Assembly (NCBI GenBank): GCA_965199855.1
Contig: OZ241326.1
Location: forward strand, 64,001 to 128,000
Direction: 5' to 3'
Source of the DNA: a bacterium
GTDB lineage: Bacteria; UBA8248
DNA length: 64,000 nt
The notes beneath the pieces were generated by a model. The model did no database searches and was not told the DNA's origin. It saw nothing but the letters and a program-made list of their open reading frames with translations. Position numbers and translations under genes: made by a program. How positions within the stretch are numbered: the first letter of the stretch is position 1; the number at the start of each line of letters is the position of its first letter. Positions 47,172 to 55,919 of this stretch are shown here, in pieces.

Positions 47172-48292
47172 TGCTCTCCCTGGCGGACGACTTCGCGGTA
47201 GAGCGTGTCGCGCTCGACGGGTTCGCGCCCCGCCTCGCGGATGAGGCCGCGAATGTCGCTCACCGTGAGCTCGCGCGGCGTCTTCGCGCCCGCCATGTGG
47301 TAGATCTTCTCCTGTACGACGGTGCCGTCCAGGTCGTCCACGCCGTAGCGCTGGGAGATTTGCGCGATGGGCTGGCCCACCATGATCCAGTAGGCCTTGA
47401 CGTGGGGAACGTTGTCGAGCAGGAGGCGGGCCGCGGCGTAGTTCCTGAGGTCGAGAATTCCGCCCGCCGGGGGAACGTCCTCCATCTGCGTGTTCTCGGG
47501 ATGGAACGCCAGGGGGATGAAGGTGGTGAACCCGCCCGTCTCGTCCTGAAGCGCGCGCAGCCTGAGCATGTGATCCACGCGATCCTCGTTCGACTCCACG
47601 TGCCCGTAGAGCATGGTGCAGGTGCTTCGGATGCCCTTGCCGTGGGCGACGCGGTGGATGTGGAGCCAGTCCTCCGCCGAGTGCTTGCCCCTGCAGATTT
47701 TCGAGCGCGTGGGCTCGGCGAAGATTTCCGCCCCCCCGCCCGTGAGCGAGCCCAGGCCGGCGCGCACGAGGCGTTCGAGCGTCTCCTCGACGCTCGTCCC
47801 GGCGACGCGGTCGGCGAGCCAGCGAATCTCCGTCGCCGTGAAGACCTTGAGGTGCAGCCGGGGGTGCATCTCCTTGATGCCCCGGATCATTTCGAGATAG
47901 TAGTCGAAGGGCAGGTCCGGGTGGAGGCCGCCCACCATGTGGAACTCGGTGCGGCCGCGGCCCAGGGTCTCCGCCATCCTGAAGATCTCATCGAGCGAAT
48001 GGGCGTAGGCGTCCTTCTGGCCCTCCTTCTTGCCGAAGGCGCAGAACTTGCACGCCTTCCACAGCACGCAGACGTTGGAGTAGTTGATGTGGCTGTTCAC
48101 GTTGTAGTAGGTGCGGTCGCCGTGCAGCCGCTCGCGCGCGAGGTTCGCCATCCAGCCGACGGCGTTCACGTCCTCCGCCTCGTAGAGGCGGACGCCCTCC
48201 TCGAAGGAAAGGCGCTCTCCCGCCTCCACCTTTTCGAGAACGTCGCCCAGCGGCCCCCTGAGGACGCGGGCGCGCATGAAGTCCCCGCTCAC
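47153..48292 (-). CDS. mqnE: Aminofutalosine synthase (radical SAM)
   Basis: HINYSNVCVLWKACKFCAF, VGGLHPDL, IPLAFHPENT, HVKAYWIM and DGTVVQEKIYHMAGA motifs. Confidence 0.92.
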   Translation of the reverse strand: MSGDFMRARVLRGPLGDVLEKVEAGERLSFEEGVRLYEAEDVNAVGWMANLARERLHGDRTYYNVNSHINYSNVCVLWKACKFCAFGKKEGQKDAYAHSLDEIFRMAETLGRGRTEFHMVGGLHPDLPFDYYLEMIRGIKEMHPRLHLKVFTATEIRWLADRVAGTSVEETLERLVRAGLGSLTGGGAEIFAEPTRSKICRGKHSAEDWLHIHRVAHGKGIRSTCTMLYGHVESNEDRVDHMLRLRALQDETGGFTTFIPLAFHPENTQMEDVPPAGGILDLRNYAAARLLLDNVPHVKAYWIMVGQPIAQISQRYGVDDLDGTVVQEKIYHMAGAKTPRELTVSDIRGLIREAGREPVERDTLYREVVRQGEQWAVHA

Positions 48293-48428
48293 GGCTTCAC
48301 CTCGCTCTCCATCATTCCGCCGGGGCGCCCCGCGCGACGGGCCGCCCGCGCAAAGACGCATTCTGGAAGCGCGGGGAGGGGTTGTCAACGCCGGCCCCTC
48401 CGCGCGCCCGTCTCCGCCCGCCGCGGCG

Positions 48429-49289
48429 TCATTCGCCGAAGAGGTATTTGACGCCGAGGGTCAGGGAATAGTGGTCCATGCCGCTGATTTCGGTGACGCT
48501 CTTGATGCCGGGAGCCGGGTGTTCGGCGTAGCCGCCCGCGTCCTCCATGTCATCCACCATGCCGTAGGAGAGCTTGAGCCCCAGCAGAAAGCGCTCGCTC
48601 ACGCGGTAGTCCAGGCCCGCGTGGAGATGCGTGGAGAGGACGGAGTCCTTGAGGTCGACGTCCTGCCGCGCGTCGTAGCGCTCGGGAGAGGCGCAGTCCG
48701 GCGCGGAGTTCGCGCACGAATACCGGGCCTCGAAGCGCACCCCGGAGAGCTTGACGAAGGAGACGCCCAGACCGGCGCCCAGGTAGGGCGTGAAGCGGCT
48801 CCCGGACAGCGCGAAGTCGTGATAGACCCCGAGCGCCAGGGTGCGCGTCTCGAGCCGATCCGCGTCGACCCGCGTGGCGCTCGCGTAGCCGCTCGCCGGG
48901 TTGACGGCGAGGGGGGCGCCGTCCAGGTAGGAGATGCTGGAGAATTTCTGCTTGACCTTGTTCCTGCGCTCGCTCAGCGACAATTCCAGACGCCAGCGTC
49001 CGAACACGCGGCCGACCGCGACCTCGAACGCGGCGGCGCTCTCCGGGTCGAGATCGTAGAGCCAGCGAAAGCCCTTGTCCGCGCCGGCGGAGCAGCCGAG
49101 GTCCGGGTAGCAGGTGGGGTCGTCGTTGCGGCCCGCCTGCTCCATGCCCGAGACCCGGCTCGCCCCGACGCTCGCGCCCACGTACCACCCGGAGCGGGCG
49201 TCCTCCGCGGCCGCGCCGGAAGCGGCGAGGACGGCGCACGCTCCCAGCGCGGCGCCCAGAACGCGCAGTCTCTCCCATGAGCGCCGCAT
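48429..49289 (-). CDS. Outer-membrane beta-barrel protein (Opa/P44/OmpA-like)
   Basis: Signal peptide, GWYVGASVG, FTPYLGAGLG and terminal LTLGVKYLF. Confidence 0.85.
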   Translation of the reverse strand: MRRSWERLRVLGAALGACAVLAASGAAAEDARSGWYVGASVGASRVSGMEQAGRNDDPTCYPDLGCSAGADKGFRWLYDLDPESAAAFEVAVGRVFGRWRLELSLSERRNKVKQKFSSISYLDGAPLAVNPASGYASATRVDADRLETRTLALGVYHDFALSGSRFTPYLGAGLGVSFVKLSGVRFEARYSCANSAPDCASPERYDARQDVDLKDSVLSTHLHAGLDYRVSERFLLGLKLSYGMVDDMEDAGGYAEHPAPGIKSVTEISGMDHYSLTLGVKYLFGE

Positions 49290-49417
49290 CTCTCGCCTCC
49301 CCTTTTCGGTTCGCGCGGGCTTTCCCTGATTCCGCCGGGGCGTCCCGCTCATCGGCCGCACGCGGCGAAGGCGCATTCTGAGAGCGCGGCGCGGGACGTC
49401 CACGCGGGGGGAGCGCG

Positions 49418-50281
49418 TCAGGCGCTCTCCCGCGGAAGCCGCTCGATGGCGACCTCGGTCTCCAGGGCCGAGGCGGCCTCCCCCAGGAACACCCCCCGGC
49501 TCGGAGGGACGTCGGCGTAGTCGCGCCCCACCGCCACCCGCACGTGCCGCTCGTCTCCCTCCGTGTTGTTGGTCGGGTCGAAGCCGAGCCACCCCAGGCC
49601 GGGAAACCAGCACTCCACCCAGGCGTGGCTCTCGCCGCGCGCCGCGCCCTCCTCTTCCGGCCCCAGGTAGCCCGAAGCGTAGCGGCACGGAATCCCCCAC
49701 TCGCGCAGAATCGAGGCCATGACGTGGGCGTAGTCCTGGCAGACGCCCCGGCCGGTCTCCAGGATGCGCTCGATGGGCGAATCGGCGTCGGTGTGTCCCG
49801 GAACGTAGTCGAACGCCTCGTGCAGTTTGGCGCAGAGCTCCCGCGCGCTCGCGAGCGGATCGCCCCCCGGCCGGACGCCCCTGGCCGCCATGAACTTCTC
49901 GAGCGCCGGGCTCGGGCGGACGAAGCGGCTCGGCCGCGTCATCGGCCACAGCTCCGGCGTCTCCGCCGCGCGGCGCAGCGCCTCCTCCGCGCCCGGCTCC
50001 AGCCGATCCGGCGCGGGCGCGGGCGCCGCCGCCTCCACCGTCGAGCGCGCCGTCACCTCGAAGCGCTCGTGCGGGGCGGGACAATCCAGAAAATGCCCGA
50101 CGTTGCCGAACGGATCGGAGAACTCGAACAGGGGGGCCTCCGGGTCGGTCTGAACCGAGAACGCCAGGACGGCCTGGGCGCGGTCGCGGACGGGGCACAC
50201 GTAGAGCGTCATCACCGAGGCGCGCACCGGGGCGGCGTAGTCGAAGCGCATTCCGTGCTCGATTCGGTAGCGCGCGCTCAC
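49418..50281 (-). CDS. Transglutaminase-like protein
   Basis: GVCQDYAH, SHAWVE, GFDPTN and VAVGRDYADVPP motifs; GTGA overlap with the alpha-E gene. Confidence 0.92.
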   Translation of the reverse strand: MSARYRIEHGMRFDYAAPVRASVMTLYVCPVRDRAQAVLAFSVQTDPEAPLFEFSDPFGNVGHFLDCPAPHERFEVTARSTVEAAAPAPAPDRLEPGAEEALRRAAETPELWPMTRPSRFVRPSPALEKFMAARGVRPGGDPLASARELCAKLHEAFDYVPGHTDADSPIERILETGRGVCQDYAHVMASILREWGIPCRYASGYLGPEEEGAARGESHAWVECWFPGLGWLGFDPTNNTEGDERHVRVAVGRDYADVPPSRGVFLGEAASALETEVAIERLPRESA

Positions 50282-51237
50282 GCCGGCGCCTCCCCGCTCA
50301 GGGGGCGGCTGACGTAGGCCGCCATCACCAGGTCGTGCAGGGCGCGCGCGTCGCTCCACGTCGCGCGGAAGAACTCCTCCGCCTCCGCGGCGGCCCCCTC
50401 CATCTCGACCGCCGCCGTGAGGCGAAGCGCCATGCGGTGCGGGGGGGCGAGCGGGTAGCGGGCGCCCAGCGGATCGACGCCCGCGAGCAGCTCCTCGACC
50501 CGCTGGAGCGAGAAGCGGAGCGAGCGGGGCAGCTCCGGGTTCCGCGTGAGGAAGTCGAGCGCGTCGTCGCGGCGAACCCGCATGGAGCGGCTGCGGCAGT
50601 AGAGCTCGTAGGCGCCGCAGGCGTGAAGGAGGTCCGCCCAGGAGAGCGCCGCGCCGCCTCCCTCCTCGCGGGCGAATTCCACCCACGCGCCCAGGCGGGC
50701 GGCCTGGTGCTGCGCCCGCTCGATGAACCGGCCGAGTTCGAGAAAGCGCCAGGCGTCGTCGCGGGGCATCGCCGCGTCCACCACCCCCGCGAACAGCCTC
50801 ATGCGGTCGATCACCCCGCGCGCGAGGGCGGCCGGCTCCTCCGCCCACGCGGCGGCGAAGCCGGCTTCGCGCATCCACAGATAGCCCTGGTTGAGGCGCG
50901 TCCACGCCGGAAGCGGCAGCTGCGCCCGCACCCGCCGGGCGTTCTCGCGCGCCTGCCGCCAGCAGGGGAGGACGGCGTCGGGGTTCGCCCCCTCCTCCAT
51001 CAGGCCGCCGGCGAGGGTGTAGGCGTCGGGAATGAGGAACGCCTCGGCCTCCTCGCCTTCGGGCGGCGCCTGTCCGAGCGCGCGGTAGATCGCCCGCCAC
51101 CCGACGGCCAGCTCCTCGGCGGGGCGATCCGCCAGCCGCGCGAGCTGGTATTCGAGCAGCCGCGCCGTCTGCTCGATCCGCTCGACGCAGCGGCCCAGCC
51201 AGTAGAAGTCCGCGGCGACCCGCGCCAGCATGGCCAA
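50278..51237 (-). CDS. Alpha-E domain protein (DUF403)
   Basis: MLARVAADFYWLGRCVER, ARENARRVR, LGRFIERA and PRSLRF motifs. Confidence 0.92.
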   Translation of the reverse strand: MAMLARVAADFYWLGRCVERIEQTARLLEYQLARLADRPAEELAVGWRAIYRALGQAPPEGEEAEAFLIPDAYTLAGGLMEEGANPDAVLPCWRQARENARRVRAQLPLPAWTRLNQGYLWMREAGFAAAWAEEPAALARGVIDRMRLFAGVVDAAMPRDDAWRFLELGRFIERAQHQAARLGAWVEFAREEGGGAALSWADLLHACGAYELYCRSRSMRVRRDDALDFLTRNPELPRSLRFSLQRVEELLAGVDPLGARYPLAPPHRMALRLTAAVEMEGAAAEAEEFFRATWSDARALHDLVMAAYVSRPLSGEAPA

Positions 51238-51240
51238 GGG

Positions 51241-52710
51241 CTAGTCCTCCAGCACCCAGAGATCCTTGCAGCCGCCCCCCTGGCTGGAATTCACCACGAG
51301 GCTGCCCCGCCTGAGCGCCACCCGGCACAGCCCGCCCGGAACCACGCGCTGCCCGTCGCGCCCCTGGAGGACGAAGGGGCGCAGATCCACGTGGCGCGGC
51401 TCGATGCGCCCGTCCACGAAGCAGGGGGCGCGGGAGAGGTCGAGCGCGGGCTGGGAGATGAAGTTCGCGGGCTCCGCGCGCAGCCGCGCGGCGTATTCCT
51501 CGCGCTCGGCGGCCGAGGCGTGGGGCCCGACCAGCATCCCGTAGCCGCCCGCCCCGCCCACCTCCTTCACCACCAGCTCCTCCAGATGCTCCAGCGTGTA
51601 GGCCAGCCCTTCGGGCTCGCGGCAGAGGTGGGTCTCCACGTTCGCCAGAATCGGCTCCTCGTCCAGAAAATAGCGGATGATGCGCGGAACGTAGGCGTAG
51701 AGGCCCTTGTCGTCCGCCACGCCGGTGCCCGGCGCGTTGGCGAGGACGAGGTTGCCCGCCCGGTAGGCGTGGAACGTCCCCGCCGCCCCCAGGAGCGAAT
51801 CGGCGCGGAAGGTCACCGGGTCGAGAAAGTCGTCGTCCACGCGGCGGTAGAGCACGTCGATGCGCCGAAGCCCCGCCGTCGTGCGCGCGTAGAGGGCGGC
51901 GTCTCGCATCACGAGGTCGCTCCCCTCGACGATATCGACGCCCATCTCGCCGGCGAGGAAGGCGTGCTCGTAGTAGGCGGCATTGTACACCCCGGGGGTG
52001 AGTATCGCCACGTTCGGGCGCTCGGCGCGGCCGAGCGAGGCGAGGGTGGAGTAGAGGAGCTCGGCGTAGTCCGCCACCTCGCGCACCCGGTGCGCCCGGT
52101 AGAGCCTGGGCAGCGCGCTCTTGATGGCGCCGCGGCAGGCGAGCATGTAGGAGACGCCCGAGGGGACGCGCAGGTTGTCCTCCAGCACCGCGAAGCCCTC
52201 GCGGGTGCGGACGACGTCGGTTCCGCACACGGCGACGTAGACCCCGCGCGGAACCTCCAGCCCGCGCATCTCGACGCGGTATTGCGGACAGCCCAGCACC
52301 AGGTCGAGAGGGACGACCTTGTCCTTCAGGCAGCGGCCCTCGTGGTAGATGTCCCGCAGGAAGAGGTTGAGCGCGGCGAGGCGCTGCTTGAGGCCGCGCT
52401 CGAGATGCGCCCATTCGTCCGCCGTCAGGAGCCTCGGCACGCAGTCGATGGGGATGATGCGCTCGGTGGCCTCCTCCGCGTCCAGGACGGTGAAGGTGAT
52501 GCCCTCGTGCAGAAAGCGCCGATGGACGCCCTCCTGGAGCTGCTCCAGGTCCTCCGCGCCGAGTTCGGAGAGAGCGGCGTGGAGCGCGCCGAACCTCTCG
52601 CGCGGCGCGCCCCGCTCGTCGAACATGTTGTCGTAGAAGCGGGGCTCGACCTCGTATCCCGCGAAGGCGCCGCCCGCTTCGGCGGCCGGCTCTCGCGCTC
52701 CCTCTCTCAT
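51241..52710 (-). CDS. Circularly permuted type 2 ATP-grasp peptide ligase (DUF404/407)
   Basis: VLEDNLRVPSGVSY, YRRVDDDFLDP, NAPGTGVADDK and VVNSSQGGGCKDLWV motifs. Confidence 0.95.
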   Translation of the reverse strand: MREGAREPAAEAGGAFAGYEVEPRFYDNMFDERGAPRERFGALHAALSELGAEDLEQLQEGVHRRFLHEGITFTVLDAEEATERIIPIDCVPRLLTADEWAHLERGLKQRLAALNLFLRDIYHEGRCLKDKVVPLDLVLGCPQYRVEMRGLEVPRGVYVAVCGTDVVRTREGFAVLEDNLRVPSGVSYMLACRGAIKSALPRLYRAHRVREVADYAELLYSTLASLGRAERPNVAILTPGVYNAAYYEHAFLAGEMGVDIVEGSDLVMRDAALYARTTAGLRRIDVLYRRVDDDFLDPVTFRADSLLGAAGTFHAYRAGNLVLANAPGTGVADDKGLYAYVPRIIRYFLDEEPILANVETHLCREPEGLAYTLEHLEELVVKEVGGAGGYGMLVGPHASAAEREEYAARLRAEPANFISQPALDLSRAPCFVDGRIEPRHVDLRPFVLQGRDGQRVVPGGLCRVALRRGSLVVNSSQGGGCKDLWVLED

Positions 52711-52842
52711 GCCTCCCTCCGGCCCGTCGTGGAGTCCGCGTTCAGTTCGGGGAGCAGTCTAGCGGCGAAGCGGGGAAGGGGCAAGGGGGGAGCGAAAATC
52801 TTCGAGGTGGGGGAAATGGAATGCAGCTCGAGCCAACACTGC

Positions 52843-54597
52843 TCAAGTCGCATTTATCAACCGAGCAATTCGTTCACGTAGCCGTTTGCGGCGAGATTGA
52901 TAAAATTTCTCGAAATCAGGAATCTTCTCGGGCACATCGCCAAGGTCATGTTTATCGCAGTAACGCCGACGCTCATCTTCCGTTGAAAATTTTTCCTCCA
53001 GCCAGTCCGCTGGCAATTTGGCTCGTTTTTCGTTGTTCTCGTTGCCGTCCAGAAGTTGCAGGTTGCCCAACCGATCTGCGTGGTCGCGAAACTCCTCCAT
53101 CTTTTCATCATTTATACCGGCCTTGCGAAGACGGTTTGGGCTAAAAGCACTGAAAGGAAACACATGATCAATATGAAAATGATTGCGCAAATCCATTGAG
53201 GGAAACAACAACGCCATGAGTGAGAAAAGATGGCGGTCGCTATATTTCGTATTTGCGAGTTCCTCTATTTCCTCTAATTCAAAATTGAGGCTCTTGCCGC
53301 TCCGTTCCATAACGGGGCGAACTTCTTTCTCTGGAAATTTGTCAAGGTTTTCACTCTGCATGGTCTCCCGAAGGCGCGTGAGCAATGTGTCGAGACCACT
53401 GCCCCAGATACCTGACTTCAGGAGAGAGCGCGTCAACCAATTTCGGATGGCGTCGCGATCGCCGTTGTAATTCCCGTGAGTCAGGAAACCTGAGGGCGAT
53501 TGGATTCGATAGAGATAGTAGGCGATCGGCAACAGCGAACTTTCCGCTCGGATAGTTTGGCCGTTGTAGCCGAAACTGGCCGCGAGTTCGACAGTCAAAA
53601 TGAGCGCGCGCCGAATTTTGGGCCAGTTCCTTTCAAGGACTTTCATGTTGTCATGCGTGAAATTCTCGACCTTGAAGCCGACGCTCGCGATATCAGACAG
53701 CATCAAGCCGGCTTTCAGAACGAAATCCTTGGAAAAATCAAAGCCGGAGCCAATCCGGTTCATCTCGTCCACCAATTGATGCACTTCCTTGCGCGCGTCC
53801 CGTTCCTGCCACTGGGATACGGCAATACTCAGCAGAAGGTCAGAGTATGAAAGGACTGTCCCCCCGCTGTTGCGGCGGATGAATATCTGGAGTACGCGTT
53901 CAAGCTTCTGACTTTTCTCTTCAAAAAAGACCACTGTTTGATCAGCGTGTATTGCCCGGTGCAACCGATCCAACGGGCGATAGGCGAGTTTATGTTTTTC
54001 CCCGTCATCAATGTTTTCGTGCAGCCAATCGTTCATTTCTGGCCCTGGACTCTTATCACCGAATTTCAAAATATCCGAAACTCGGAACCATAGCTCCTTA
54101 TCACCGCCCCCGATTCGATCTTCGTCCACAAATGCGAAGTCATAATGATTTCCTTCGTCATCCACATTTTGCGCCGCCAAAAGGTTCAGCGCGAGAACGC
54201 GGCGCGGGAATGCGTCTGACCTCTTCCACCATTTGTATGGCAACTTCATAGCCATTGAACCGCGAAGGCCGATGTTGAATGCCGTTAGACGCTGTTGACC
54301 GTCGAGAATCGCCGTCAAAGGCCGATCGCGAAGGATGCCAAGATCGGGGCAGTGCGGGTTATCCCGCTCGTGATAGTCGCACACGAATCCATAGACGCGG
54401 TATCGGTGAGAATTCTCCGATTTGACCTGCCAAAACAGGAACTCGCCAAACGGATACCCCTGCATCACGCTGTCGAACAATGAGCAAATCTGTTCGGGCC
54501 GCCAGACGAATTCGCGCTGAATCGCAGGAAGGACATAGGCTTGATCCGCGATCTGATCCACCGCTTCCTTGATGGTTCCGCCCTGCTGATATGCCAT
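52843..54597 (-). CDS. GmrSD-like type IV restriction endonuclease (DUF262 + DUF1524)
   Basis: PAIQREFVW, LDGQQRLT, FIRRNSGG and HIDHVFP...LGNLQLL...N motifs; low GC. Confidence 0.9.
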   Translation of the reverse strand: MAYQQGGTIKEAVDQIADQAYVLPAIQREFVWRPEQICSLFDSVMQGYPFGEFLFWQVKSENSHRYRVYGFVCDYHERDNPHCPDLGILRDRPLTAILDGQQRLTAFNIGLRGSMAMKLPYKWWKRSDAFPRRVLALNLLAAQNVDDEGNHYDFAFVDEDRIGGGDKELWFRVSDILKFGDKSPGPEMNDWLHENIDDGEKHKLAYRPLDRLHRAIHADQTVVFFEEKSQKLERVLQIFIRRNSGGTVLSYSDLLLSIAVSQWQERDARKEVHQLVDEMNRIGSGFDFSKDFVLKAGLMLSDIASVGFKVENFTHDNMKVLERNWPKIRRALILTVELAASFGYNGQTIRAESSLLPIAYYLYRIQSPSGFLTHGNYNGDRDAIRNWLTRSLLKSGIWGSGLDTLLTRLRETMQSENLDKFPEKEVRPVMERSGKSLNFELEEIEELANTKYSDRHLFSLMALLFPSMDLRNHFHIDHVFPFSAFSPNRLRKAGINDEKMEEFRDHADRLGNLQLLDGNENNEKRAKLPADWLEEKFSTEDERRRYCDKHDLGDVPEKIPDFEKFYQSRRKRLRERIARLINAT

Positions 54598-54814
54598 CTT
54601 GATGCCCCATCATGGGAAAATGAAACTGCGCTTTTTCCCAGACTAAGAAAAGACGACCAGCAACGTCAAGCGTGAGAAGCGCAGAGGGCTCTTTTCATTA
54701 TCATCCGGTTGGAACGGCAGCCGCCGCCTTTGCGCTTCCGCGACGAAGGCCGCATAATCAGGATGCGATGGAAAAGCCGCTTCCGCATCTTTCGCGTCAG
54801 GAGGGCGCCGCGCC

Positions 54815-55213
54815 ATGAGCCGGACGCAATACGCGAACCCCCGCATGGAGAACGCGCCCGCGCCGCTCGCCGCCGCCCTGCGCGATCTGGAAGAGGCGCT
54901 GGACGAAGCCGCAGAGGAGGGCTTCCCCGCGCCGCAGGAGGCCGCCTTCGACAACGCGAGGCGGCTGCTGAGAGCGATGTACGCCATATCCCCGCGCCGC
55001 TTCGAGGTCTATCCCACGCCGGACGGCGAAATCGCCATCGACGCGCCCGACGGCAGGGGAAGTTCCGTGCTTCTGCTGTGCGACTCGGACGGCGGCGCGC
55101 TGTGCCTGGTCAACATGAAGGGCAGGCATCGCCGCGCGCGGTATTCCACCGCCGAGGCCCTTCCCGACGGGTTCGTGCGCGAGGCCATGGCGGAGCTCGA
55201 GCGGCAGGCTTAG
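54815..55213 (+). CDS. Hypothetical protein (candidate antitoxin)
   Basis: GGAGGG RBS; acidic 132-aa ORF ending 10 bp before the next gene. Confidence 0.7.
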   Translation: MSRTQYANPRMENAPAPLAAALRDLEEALDEAAEEGFPAPQEAAFDNARRLLRAMYAISPRRFEVYPTPDGEIAIDAPDGRGSSVLLLCDSDGGALCLVNMKGRHRRARYSTAEALPDGFVREAMAELERQA

Positions 55214-55223
55214 CCGATCCCGA

Positions 55224-55640
55224 ATGGAAGCACTCCGGGAAGTCGGAGACGCCGAGGAGCTCGGCCGCGGCGTGTTTTCGAGACGCAACGCTGAACGCGC
55301 GCGACGCTCAAGGGTTCCGTTTCGCGCGTTCCTGGAAAAACAAGGCGAGACGAAAATATCCGTTGACAGGCTGACCATGGCCCCGCCGGAGGAGGCGGCG
55401 GGCATCGCCTCCGCCGTGGGCGAGAAGCGCGGCGCCCCCTTCTATGGATGGGCTTTTCTCACCGCCTCCCGCGCCCGCGAGAACGGACGGGAAGCGGTCG
55501 CCTCGCCGATAGCAGACAACCCGCATCACGCCGATATCGTCCTGCCCCAGGTCGCCGCCGAGGACCGGGAGGAGCAGAAGCGGCACGCGCAGGAGCTGGC
55601 GGACGCCTCAAGCTGGCGAGAGCGGCCAACCTCCCCCTGA
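55224..55640 (+). CDS. Hypothetical protein with ART-like R-S-H pattern (candidate toxin)
   Basis: ELGRGVF...AF...ISVDR...DNPHHADIV motif spacing. Confidence 0.6.
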   Translation: MEALREVGDAEELGRGVFSRRNAERARRSRVPFRAFLEKQGETKISVDRLTMAPPEEAAGIASAVGEKRGAPFYGWAFLTASRARENGREAVASPIADNPHHADIVLPQVAAEDREEQKRHAQELADASSWRERPTSP

Positions 55641-55653
55641 AAAAGCCCCCCTC

Positions 55654-55878
55654 TCAGGGTCCCGGATACGCCTCTGGCGGCTTTTCCTCCCCGTCGGCTT
55701 TTTTCGACCTGGCGCGGCGGCGGGAGGCGAGGGCGTCCTCCTTCATGCGGGCGATGGCGTCCTCCTCGTCCCGGCGCCCGTAGGCGTTTCCCTTCTCGAA
55801 GGCGAGCCTGCCGAACAGGCGGCGCAGATTGCTTCTGGCGGCTTCCTCGTCCCCGGCGTTCTCTTTTCGGTCGCTCAT
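55654..55878 (-). CDS. Small hypothetical protein
   Basis: GGGGAGGGG RBS before ATG 55878; 74 aa. Confidence 0.55.
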   Translation of the reverse strand: MSDRKENAGDEEAARSNLRRLFGRLAFEKGNAYGRRDEEDAIARMKEDALASRRRARSKKADGEEKPPEAYPGP

Positions 55879-55919
55879 GCGAATCCCCTCCCCCTGAATG
55901 CGCGAGGCGGCGCGGCGGG

